From Pelomyxa schiedti (lineage: Eukaryota; Protista; Evosea), in contig JAHLWZ010000579.1 in the NCBI GenBank assembly GCA_020536535.1, positions 78,832 through 142,831 on the forward strand: a stretch of DNA of 64,000 bases, in the 5' to 3' direction. The notes under the pieces are model-generated. The model made no database searches. It was not told the DNA's origin and worked only from the letters and a program-made list of their open reading frames with translations. Below are positions 46,782 through 58,420 of the stretch, piece by piece; the stretch's first letter is position 1; every line of letters begins with the position of its first letter. Made by a program: the position numbers and the translations under genes.

Positions 46782-49700
46782 ATGTCAGGCTCAGCAGACA
46801 TTGAGATGCAGAGGGTCGCGGACCCAGACGACGAGCGAGGTGCCGTTGCAGTCTCCATCGCCACGGCCTCGTCGCCCTCGCTTCGCCACGGCAGCACTGC
46901 AAGCAGCAGCAGCGTGGGCATCGTCGTCTCGGCTGTTCCCACGAGCCACGCCCACGTTCACCGCCACGAGCACAGGAGGCACGGGCACGGACACGGGCAC
47001 GAGCACGAGCACGGCAGGGACGGGCACGGCAGGGGGCACAGACACCGCCACGCCTCGGACTACGATGACAGGTTCCCAACTGTAAAAATAACAAAATCTA
47101 CATTGTGGGAAGGCACTCAGTGCGGAATTCAAACAAACATAAACACATAAAAACAACAAATACATGAGAAGTGCAATTGATGACAAACATTTTTTTAATA
47201 GGAGCACCTCATCATCTAGCTCTTCATCATCAGATGAAGAAGACCACACAAGAGCCAATTGTGGGATGGATAGTGCTACTACCACTGGCGGCGTGGTTGG
47301 CGAGGATATAAGCAAAGGGGAATTAGGCGAAACAGGTTCCCTGGATGTGGTGCCAATTGGAACCGGCGGAATTGGAATGGCACCATCTGTGGTGGTTAGG
47401 GGTCTGTCATACACTGTTAAGTTGAAACCAAAGATCAAGTGCACTGGGAGGAAAACTGCATGCTGCTTTGGCAGAGAGAACAAGAGGATTTTGAACAACA
47501 TTAACCTGGTGTTTCGTCCTGGAACACTGACTGCACTTATGGGTCCCAGGTATTACCCAAGGGAGGAGGTATTGGTTGGAATGAATTTTTGGCCTTAAAT
47601 TATATTTTCAGTGGAGCCGGAAAGACCACTCTGTTGAACTGCTTGAGTGGGAGGGGCACAGGAACATTGAATGGAGAAATTCTTTTCTCCCAGTCAGCAA
47701 GCAACTACACATTCATTATTCAACAAGACACGATGCCAGGTTCATATACTTCGTTCTACCTGCGCATCTCATGTACAATAGAAACTCTTACTTCTAGGGA
47801 GAATATCGATTTTGCAGCACAATTGCTTCTTCCACCTACCTCAAAAGCCAGCCGCTATGAATTAGTCACCAGTATTATAGATCAGCTGCACATTCAAAAA
47901 TGTGCTGACACTGTAGTTGGAACACCGGGAGTAAAAGCTGCCATCTCGGGTGGTGAGAGGAAACGTGTAGCCATTGGAATGTCTCTAGTCAACAATCCAG
48001 CAGTTTTGCTCGTTGATGAGGTACCCTTCCTTGGGTTTTCACTGTAGTGATTTCCTTGTTCAAGCCTACCAGTGGGTTGGACTCTACAGCAGCCCTAAAT
48101 GTAATATCAATTCTTCGACAACTTGCCGACTCTGGTCGCACTGTAATATGTTGCATACATCAACCATCCCACGCAATATTCCACCTTTTTACCCATGTTT
48201 GTTTGTTAGCGGAGGTATGCCTTCCCGAGTTGAGTGTTTATATATAACTTGTACCTTAGGGAAATATTATCTACTACGGAGAACGTAAAAATGCTGTTCC
48301 ACATTTCAAATCACTTGGCTGTGTACCCCCTCGTCACGTACCAGCTTCTGGTTCTCCTACTTCCTTCCAAAGAGTTAATATCTAACTGTAGTAGCCTGGA
48401 TGCTCGATCTAGTGGACACACAAGCCGATCTCCGTAGTAATGTATGTCAAAGTATCATAGAGACAACTTTAAATGGAATGTGTTTTAAAGGATCATTCTG
48501 CAGTAGATGACCTTGACGCTTCGAAGCTCAATGTGAGATTCCCTAAGTAACAGAACACTCATATAGGTTCAGAATGGAACTGGCCTAAAGCCACATACCT
48601 CTGAATTTGTTAACCACCTTGCCACTGCATATAGTGCCTCAGAAGGGGCAGCTTCTACCACTAAAGAAGCTCAGACTGATTCATCTGATCTCATTGAGCA
48701 GAGAAAGGTATTTTTTATGACACTGTAACCACAATTAATCCCAGACAGTTGAAACATTCATATGCACGAGCTCATCCTTCTCAGTGTAAAATTCTCATCA
48801 ACAGAAATTTGTGTTCCCTGCGCCGAGAAAAGGTCTTTTTTGTCCCCCTGCTGACTTTTTTCTATCTAATATTGGTACATATCTAGGTCTTCCTTAGAAC
48901 CAGAATGGCTCAGACAGTTGCTGTAGCTATTCTTATGTTTGCTATTTATTGGCAAATGGACAATAGCCAAGCTGGAATCAGGAATCGCATGGGAATGCTA
49001 TTTTGTAATACCCTAGCCTTTGAGTTATCTTTTTTACTTCAATCCAGTTAGTAGTATGATAATGCTCCTTTTTGGAATGCTTTCAGTACTCTTCGTTCTT
49101 CCAAAGGTATGCCACTTTCCTTCCCACGAACTCAGGTACTAATGACCTTCAAGGAGTATGCGGTGCTCCTACGGGAGTCCTTGAACAATATGTACTCTCC
49201 GGCTGTGTTTCTGCAGTCCAAAATTATTACAGACACACCTCTCCAAATAATTTTTCCCCTAATTTTTTCTCTGCTTGTATGTTGTTCCTTCACTCTAATG
49301 ACTCTGACTATGTATAGGTGTATTTTACATGTGGCCTGAATCTATCAGTCGACAAATTTTTTATTTTCACTGCTGTCATGGTGTTAATTTCTAATACAGG
49401 GTCTTCCATCGGATTTCTTGTTTCTAGTATAATCAAAGATGCTGCAGGAGTAAGACATTTCTTGCTTGGCTTTTGTTAATGTTCCTCTAGGCCATGCAAA
49501 TAGCACCGGCACTTTTCATCCCCAATGTGGTAAGTTTCTGTGTCCAGTCCATTTCCAAAAAGCTTATGCATGAGCAAGGTGTTTTCAGGCTTTGTTGTAG
49601 ACCTAGATAGTGTACCGACTTTCCTTGCTTGGATACAGTGGTTGAGCTTTCTAAAATATGGATACGCCATTCTGGTTAATATTTTTACCACTTGCGGACT

Positions 49701-49983
49701 CTCTTATTGCACTCAGGTTAAAAATGAAATGGCTGGGCAGACTTTCTACTGTAACCCAGACGAACTCATTAATGGTCAATGTCCCCTCACCTCTGGTGAT
49801 GATGTACTAAAGTAATCCTTATTCCAACCAACACGTGATACCACTCACATCTCTAGATACTACAACTTGGATGGTGCCAATCCTTTGATCTACTTCTTTG
49901 TCCTTTTGGGGACTGTAGTGCTGATAAGAATGATTTCCATTGTAGTACTAGTTTTCAAGGTCTCCCGTTACCAAAAGAAGTAG
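46782..49983 (+). CDS. ABCG (White-family) half transporter with a His-rich N-terminus
   Basis: Walker A GPSGAGKTT, signature ISGGERKR, Walker B LLVDEPTSGLD, CCIHQP. The C-terminal ABC2 membrane domain includes FSGFVVDLDSVP...SFLKYG. Confidence 0.92.
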
Positions 49984-50071
49984 AACACCCATGAACTAGT
50001 AATAATAACATTTATTCTTTGTGACAAAATTGTTTGTTGTACATAGAACCCCAAAAAGTGGCTCTAGCTAG

Positions 50072-51759
50072 TTAGGGCTGCTGGGACTGGAACAGGGAAG
50101 ATGTTGGTGCTGTTGTAGGAGTCACTTTCATGTTGTTGATTTGTTGGACTCTGGAAAGAAGTCCAGTAAGTTCATCATCACTGAGCTCGGCAAAGTCACA
50201 AGTCTTCTTGTACTTGAGTCCGGCATATATTTGCCTGTTGGGCAATATCTTTGGAGTGTAAGGGCAGAGAAAGTAACGGTTCAAGGGCATTACCTTTGTT
50301 GCGAGAATATCAACAACGACTGTAGCAAATGCAACAAGTCCGAATCCACTGACAAACTAATTCCAATTAGGTCAATGGTGATAATACCCAGCTTACTGTT
50401 ATGAGTAATGTCTGGAAATCGAACTTTCCAAGAGCGCCCATCTGCAGGGCCACCAAATGCACCCCGTGCCTATTCGGGAGATTTGGTTATAATCCTAGTA
50501 CGGAGTGGAGCCTACCGATTGTGTACAAGTCTGGCTTGCAGGTTTTGGTCTACATACGGTTGCTCTACTTTGTATTTGGCACCAGATATGGCCTGACAGG
50601 AAACTGTGTACCTTTTGGGAGTTATTAAAGGCCCAGAAGAGGTTAAGTGGATCGTACTTGATTTTGTTTAAGTTGTAGGTGTATGTATTTGAATACGAAA
50701 TCATGATCATTATCACAATCCCATCAAACCGTTTACTGACAGAGGTATTTGTATCAGCTAAGGAGAAAGGTGAGTTTTCCTTCTTAAAGTGGTTGACTTA
50801 CAACACTCTTTTACTTACAAGTAGAATCCAAATCAATTCCAGCTGCTTGTAGGATGACTCCTAACTGAAGGATATCATAGCTGCCTCCCTGACCTACGAC
50901 GTTTGGTGACTGCAACTTCATAACGTGGCCCTTAGAATCTACAATCTCTCCAATAATCTACAGTAGGTGAATTGTAACAAAAGAGAAGGCGCTGTTTACA
51001 TCTCGTCCGTTTCCTTGAATTCCAACTTCTGGAGCATAGAAGCTGTGATCGAGTAGTACCTTACCTAATATTAGATGTATTTTATATTAATGGTGAAAAA
51101 AATACTGTGAACTTCTCTATATCCGCCAAATAGTATGTAGTTGTTACGTTGTCTACATAGTCGCAGTTTAGTTCGGTTAAGTTGCAGCTTGGAAGATACT
51201 GAAGAACTGAGAAAACGGTATACAACACTTTTATATTACCTGACTAGTAGATGTTATCCGGGTAGAAATTGCCATCCCATTCGGTTCTCCAGGGGGATAC
51301 CTAGTAACAGGTAACGGCTCACAACTGACGAAGGAAGCAAGCTCACAATGCAAGTACTTGGTCTAGATAAGCACACTCCCAATTTGGGTATCCATTGTAA
51401 TAAGAGGAATTCTGCAGGCAATAGGGGAGTTCTTCTGCAGGAGCGTAGGTACCTGGCTTAAAACCTGTAAATTCTTGTTGTCCTATCAGTGAGTTATAAA
51501 CCTTCAACAAGGACATTCTAACAGAACCATCAGGCGTTTGAAGAAGGAGATATGCCTTGCCCTTTAAAATTGTCCACAGAGCGATATACAACTTCTAGAG
51601 TGAGAAACCGGAAAAACAAAAGAAAAATAAAATGCACAGTAGCAACTCTACCACTATGAGAATAACGAATGACCAGTGAACAACCGCCAATTTGGTGTCC
51701 TTAATTCTAACCACTTGGACAGTATCATAGGCCAAGAAATTCTTGAAAGCAACCCACAT
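50072..51759 (-). CDS. p2x: P2X receptor-like channel, Dictyostelium-type
   Basis: AYDTVQVVRIKDTKLAVVH (YxTx[K/R] region plus TM1), KAYLLLQTPDGSVRMSL, LPYC, DILQLGVILQAAGIDLD and C-terminal YAGLKY. Confidence 0.85.
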
Positions 51760-52267
51760 GGAGGAACAAATGGAAGACAGAGACTTCACCATTGGGCTCA
51801 CGTCCCAGGAGGTTTTTTTTTTTTGGTGTTGTATTTATTGTTGTTTGCTTATTCAATTTGTTTTTTGTCCGTGGAGCGATCGGCCTTTGTTGTAAAGAGA
51901 GTTCATAAATGGAAATTGTCCTTACGGGATCTTTGTACAATTTAATTTGGCAAGGTGTGTTACGCAAAAAAACCCGAAAAAAAACGCCGTACCCAGCACC
52001 AAATCCTTTGATTTTTTTCCCTTTTTCTCGAATGATGGAGGGAAGAGGTGGATGCCACTGGAGGGATCTACTCTGGTGTGGCATTTTTTGCGAAGGAGAA
52101 GCCTCGACTCACTTCGTCGCTTCTAATCGAAGCATGCAATTGGGGGTTTATGTTTTTTCTACGTCACACGCTTTTTAAGGAAGAAAAAAATAAGTACAAT
52201 TTCACGAAAATCAACTGTAGATAAAAAGAACAAACAAAAAAAAAGACCAAAGTCAGCACACCCCGGC

Positions 52268-54712
52268 ATGGCGGTATGCGTTGTCGTAGATTGACATGTG
52301 TTATTTTTTCAAAACAAATCGCGACAACAAACCACTCGCGTTGTTAACATGCTCCTTGGTGCGCAAGGTGTCTTGCTTGTTTTTTTTTTCTTTTGTTCTT
52401 CGATGTATTGGTTTTTGGTGATTGACGTGTACTTCAGACACGAAGTGCTGCTGCCCCCGAGCCCGTATTTGGGCGGGTTTTTTCAGTCTCAGGACCTGGT
52501 CTGTACCGACCACTTTTTGATCAACTCTCATTCTTCCTCTTTTCTCTTGCACAGTCGTGGTTGCTGATCACATGGAGGGTGCGGCCATGTACGAGCTGGT
52601 GAAGGTGGGTCCTTTCAGACTGATGGGAGAGATTATTAGGCTTGAGGGTGACACTGCTACAATTCAAGTTTATGAGGAGACATGTAAGACACTTCAATTT
52701 CTATTCCTTTTTTTTTTTGTTTGTTTATGCAATGGAGTTATCTAATTCGTCTTCTAGCTGGTTTGAGTTTGGGTGATCCTGTGGAACGAACTCACATGCC
52801 TCTGTCTGTTGAACTTGGTCCTGGTACGACTCTTTTTTTTTTCTCCTTCGCCCTTATTTGATTAGGGTTGATGAACTCTATTTTTGACGGTGTCCAGCGT
52901 CCTCTGAAAAATATCGCCTCTCTCAGTGGCAGTATCTTCATTCCAAAGGGTATCACCACAAACGCACTCGACAGAACAGTTAAGTGGCCTTTTGAGCCTT
53001 CCGTGCTGAGGGTATGTCTCCTTCTCTCCGTTAGTGTATCCTTATTTTCCTAAGGTAGGTGAGCACATTACTGGTGGAGATATCTATGGACATGTGAGAG
53101 AAAATGAGATGATTGAGCACCGAATCATGTTACCACCCGCTGGCATGGGCACAATTACCTGGATTGCGCCAGCAGGCAATTACACCATCGTAGAGGATCT
53201 CATCGAAGTGGAATTCCAGGGTGACCGAAAACGCTACCAAATGCTCACCCAGTGGCCTGTCCGAAAACCCCGCCCTGCTGTAGAGAAGTTGGCCGGTGAC
53301 TCTCCTTTGTTGACTGGACAGCGTGTGCTGGATGCTCTTTTCCCGTATGGTTTGAGAATTTCCGTAGAACGAACTCATTGTTTTAAACAGGTGTGTGCAA
53401 GGAGGCACATGTGCTATTCCTGGAGCTTTTGGTTGTGGCAAAACTGTCATCTCCCAATCCCTTTCCAAGTACTCAAATTCTGATGTCATCGTCTACGTCG
53501 GCTGTGGCGAACGAGGAAATGAGATGGCTGAAGTACTTAAGGACTTCCCATCTTTGTTTACAACCATCAATGGAGTAGAGGTGCCCATCATGAAACGAAC
53601 TTGCCTTGTAGCCAACACGTCCAACATGCCAGTCGCTGCCCGTGAAGCCTCCATTTACACTGGAATTACTCTAGCTGAGTACTACAGAGACATGGGTTAC
53701 CACGTGGCTATGATGGCCGATTCAACCTCCCGATGGGCCGAGGCACTTCGTGAGATTTCTGGTCGTTTGGCTGAGATGCCTGCAGGTAGACACTTTCTTT
53801 TTCGTTTCTTCTGCTTACAGCAAATCAGATTCTGGTTATCCAGCTTATCTGGGTGCCCGTCTGGCACAGTTCTACGAGCGAGCTGGAAAGACTCAGTGCA
53901 TTGGTGCACCTAACAGACAGGGATCTGTGACAATCGTCGGAGCGTACGTCTCCTTTTACTCAAATTTCATTCTTACAGTTTCCAGTGTCTCTCCTCCTGG
54001 TGGTGATTTCTCAGATCCTGTTACCTCTGCCACTCTGGGTATTGTCCAAGTGTTCTGGGGTCTGGATAAGAAGCTGGCCCAACGCAAACATTTCCCTTCA
54101 GTCAATTGGTCAATCAGCTACAGCAAGTACATGAAGGCCCTGGAACCTTACTACGAACGAAAAGACGAAGAGTTCACAGCTCTTCGCGATAAAGCAAAGG
54201 AAATTCTCCAGATGGAGGAAGATCTGAGTGAGATCGTGCAGCTGGTCGGAAAGGTACTCTTGACCGTAAGACAATAAAAAAACACTTACTCCAAAAACCA
54301 GGAATCTCTCGCAGAATCGGATAAGATTACTCTGGAAGTCGCTAAAATTCTAAAGGACGATTTCTTGCAGCAAAATGGTTATTCGGACTACGACAGAAAC
54401 TGCCCGTTCTACAAAACAACATGGATTCTACGCAATACCATTCTGTTCTATAACCTTGCTCAACACGCTGTCGCTTCCTCCACCGAGGATAGGAAGATCA
54501 CTTGGGCTGGTACCATCAAGACGCCAACAGCGGCAATTCTAGAAAGAATCACAAGGATGAAATTCAGGGTATGATTCATTTCTCGTTTCTCATGTAATAC
54601 GCTTACTTGAACTCAGAAACCCAGCGATGGAGAAGCGTCGTTGGTGGCTGACTATAGGCAAATCTACCAAGACCTCGAAACCGTTTTCCGCAATATTATG
54701 GAGGGAGAGTGA
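52268..54712 (+). CDS. ATP6V1A: V-type H+-ATPase catalytic subunit A
   Basis: [24 protein letters not shown]-loop [56 protein letters not shown] and [11 protein letters not shown]. Confidence 0.97.
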
Positions 54713-55096
54713 TCGTAGTAATAAATAAACCATGTTGTTTTGCACACCTTTCTTCTTTTACCCCAAGATGCTTTTCCTTAAGTAGGAAGTTCGCAGTTTG
54801 TTTTAGCACATAGTTTGTTCTCTGTTCAAAATAAGGTAAAGGTGCGTGTGCCGGTTCTGGCAATGAGAGTTTTTCGGCCTGCACGTTCGCGAATTCTGTG
54901 GAACTTGGCCGGACGCCAGATCGATGTGATATTCTGTTGATTGCCATTGAGCCACTTACGTGGTTTTTTTACATTTTATCCAAGGTCGACAGTAAGCAAG
55001 TGGTTCTCATTCCGAACCCTCCAGCATCAGTGTGGTGGGGAAACCAAGGATACTCCGTATCAAAGATCCTCCTACTGTAGCACACAACATACACAC

Positions 55097-58000
55097 ATGC
55101 CTCGACTGTGGAAGAGCAACAAAAACGCGGTGGGCGACTCCTCAGCGGGAGCAGGAGCAGGAGGAGCCGGCAGCGGCGACGGAAGCAAGTGGGTGGTGAC
55201 TGACATCGAGGATGATGACGGCGGGTGCGGCGGCGGCTCCCAGGCCCAGTCGGGCACAGGAACCTCAGCCCCTGGGTCGTGCGCCAGCAGCCTGAGCCTG
55301 AGCCTGAGCCTGGGGTACAGCCGCCCAGGGTCCCCCTCTGGTCCAGCCGGGGGCTCCTCCTTGTCCTCGTCCTCGTCCTCGAGGGGCCGCGGGCAGGGCC
55401 AGTCGCCGCTGCTGGCGAGCCTGCGGCGGCACAGGGCGCGGTGCTCGTGGGTGCCGCTGACGGCGGTGGTTGTGGGGCTGTCTGTGCTAGCCATGGCGGT
55501 GCCGGTGGCCGTCGTATGGGGAATCAACGGGTACAGCATGAAGGAGGTGAGCACGGCGAGGAGGCAGGAGGCCATGCTCAGGAGGGCAGAGTCCACTCAC
55601 GACCAGTGTGTGATCCTTGCTTGCTTTATTTATTGCTACTGCTAGTAGTACTAGTGCTTGAAGTTTTAGTTGTCGTAGCTCAAGTAGTATTAGTTGTTGT
55701 AACAAGCTGTGAAGGAGGATTACCATTATGGGAAAAATAGGGAGGGAAGGATAACAAGTGGAAAGAATATGGCACATAAGAGTAGCCAGTAAAGTATTAC
55801 AATAAGGATAGGATGTGTATAAGTAAGTAGCCGGGTATACAGTAGCTGACCTTGAAATTGTAATCTGCCAGGATATACCTTAATGTTGCCCATTGTGAAT
55901 CTTTACTATTGACACATGCGTCTATGATGAGTGCCTTTCAGCCGCGGGATTCCTCTGCGGAATATGCAACCATGCTTAGTACTTCCTGGGGGTGGACTCT
56001 GCCAGCTCGTGATCCACTGTGTGGTGGAAAAACTGCCTTGTATGTGGAAGATGGATTGCTTTTTGCAACTTTCACTTCAAGTATTAAAATCGTAGTGATG
56101 CAGAACTGCTACCCAGAAACCACACCCTCGTGTTTAGCTGATGTATGGATATTTGATACCAGCACAGATACTCTTGTTGGTAAGATGGGAACCATGCACG
56201 CAGTGGATGAGGGGTTTCCAACGTTGTTTGAAAATTTGGAGCAGAGTGGAATGCTGCAAGAGCTGGAAAATTCTTCCATAACTTGGGGAGGCATGATTGC
56301 AACACCCAAGTCATCAGACAGTCATAGTAGTTTTGGAAATGCGGCTGTGAGTGTCTCACTGTTTGCGGCCCTCAAGCGGAACGCGTCAAATCCAAGCCAA
56401 GTCACGGGAATTGTAAGGCAGCCAATGTTACCTGAAGCCATGATAGCAACATTCGAATCCAATGTGGAAGGAATTTATGGAGTCTATATTGTGGAACCGA
56501 ACGGATTGGTAATTGCCAGTACACTAGAAAATGTCAGTGTAGCTGTTTTAGACAGTTCAAACGCAACTGTGTGGTATCCACTGCGTGCAAATGAGTCAAA
56601 ATTGGAGATCGTGCGCCTAACATACTCCTCAATCCCAGTGGATATGAATCCCCGGGAAACCTCCGTAAGATTTCTGTATGGTCATTATGTAGCGATTACA
56701 AGGATGGTGAGCGAATACAATCTAGAAGTGTATATTATTACGTTGGGTGATAAGAGCTACTTTGGTGAGGAGACGTTCTAAAACTGACTCCTAACATCAC
56801 TCAGATGCTGAATACAGCACTTCAACACGTTGGTCTGCTCTTGCATTTGCCCTGTCATGTTTTATGGGTTCTGTGGCAATAGGAATTCTCACATTTGCAC
56901 TGGCTATTGGGCTGAAGAGTATTCAGAGATCAGTGAAATGGCTTGGAGATGATCAAAAGGATGGCACATCACTCGCTCTCAGGTCAGATGATGGTAATTA
57001 TGACTCTGGAATGTTGGAGAAGGTTAGGAAGAAAAGCTATAGCCTTGATGTGTGGTTCAAGGAAATGCACAAAATAGCAGAGGAAGTAGATAATGTAGCA
57101 CTGCTGAACAGGGAATTGAAGATGTTTTTTCCAAGTGTGTTTGTGGGAATGAGCCCAGAAGACTTCAGAATGGGGAGACATAGAGTTCAATTACGACGGA
57201 AAAATGTGGCAATTATGTTTGTAGACATAGTCAAGTGAGTTGTCAATAACCATTTCACAAACCTGTTTTTTCTTTTATTAAGTTGGCACATAGATTTTCC
57301 GCCATATGCGAGGCAAATGAAAGAAGTTTACAACACATCCTTCACGTTTTTTTAGCTAAACTCGAGAGTCCAGTGTTCAGACAAAAGGGTCTTACCAAAA
57401 GGCTCGGAGATGGATTCATGGCAGCCTTTGGCTTTGCCTCTGACGATGACGACCTGGTAGACCTCTGCCGCCGTGCACATTACACAGCCAGACTCATAAC
57501 AAGGAACCTTCCAAAGGTACGCAAATTCCAACCAACCACTCATCCTCAACAAGTACCTCGCGTCCATTTCCACTCATACCAATCCCTCTCCCTCCACATA
57601 GCACTCATATCTCGTCTCATCCGCCCATTCCCCTCACTCATATATCCTCCAGGTCAATAGAACTCTGTGCAGCCAGCTTCCTGCATTCCCCCGCGGCGGC
57701 ATGCGCCTGCGAGTCGGCATATCAGCGGGCAAGGCCAGCATCGGGGTGATACAGACAGACAGCATGGCCAACGCCGACGTGTACGGCTCCATAGTGAACC
57801 TGGCCCAGCGGCTGGAGGACTCTGGGCGCTACCGCGGCTGGGATGAGCGAGGAGCGGGGGTGCTGTGGGGGGGCAGCGGGGCAGGGGCAGGGGCAGAGGG
57901 AGGGGCAAGGGCAGGCGGCCCAGAGGGGGAGACCGCCGGGAGTGGCGACGGGACCCCGCGGTGCATAGTGAGCGTGTCTGAGGTGGTGCACGAGGCGCTG

Positions 58001-58117
58001 GAGGAGAGCGGGGAGCTGGCCAAGCACGGGGTGGTTATGGCTAAGAGGGAAGTGTACATTAAGAACGAAGTGACACCCAGAACGGCGTATGTTTCCGTGG
58101 AGGAAGATATCACCTGA
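55097..58117 (+). CDS. Class III nucleotidyl cyclase (probably adenylyl) with two TM segments flanking an extracellular Cache-like sensor region
   Basis: TM1 WVPLTAVVVGLSVLAMAV, then about 330 aa with GIYGVYIVEPNGLVIAST, then TM2. Catalytic motifs IMFVDIV, TKRLGDG (Lys), RVGIS and ADVYGSIVNLAQRLE (Asp; Asn/Arg intact). Confidence 0.88.
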
Positions 58118-58420
58118 GCCCATAGGATATTAACAAAACGCGAAAAGGAATCATCCGCCCGCAACAACACAACACAATGGATGGCAGCAACTTTGTACAT
58201 TACTATTGTGACTGAGAGCAACCCCTTCTCAACCACAGAACCCACCACCAAGCAATCAAAAAAGCAAAACGTGCCCACTCCCCAAAACGCGTGGCGTGAT
58301 CCTCCTTGTAACAACACTAAAAAAACTTTTTTTTTACCATAACCCAAAGTGCCATCAAAGCAATCAACGAAAGGAACGAACGACACAGATCTGAACTTTA
58401 TTTGTTCGATTCGTCAACAA

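Noticed and set aside
38739-53043. Other RTATCCTT matches as U12 donors (38739 +, 42095-42102 -, 50868-50875 -, 53036 +)
   Set aside because: They lie inside ordinary GT-AG introns, inside conserved exon sequence (P2X DILQLG), or at the NUDIX stop codon, with no matching U12 branch point or frame requirement.
53400-53520. VMA1-type intein in V-ATPase A
   Set aside because: The sequence runs uninterrupted through [12 protein letters not shown], so there is no insertion at the usual site.
3010-58386. Long alternative-frame or antisense ORFs in GC-rich patches (for example 3010-3725 +, 36772-37431 -, 46291-46560 -, 46791-47501 -, 55072-55596 -, 57829-58386 -)
   Set aside because: They are explained by stop-codon scarcity in GC-rich, low-complexity exons of genes on another frame or strand, and show no independent motifs.
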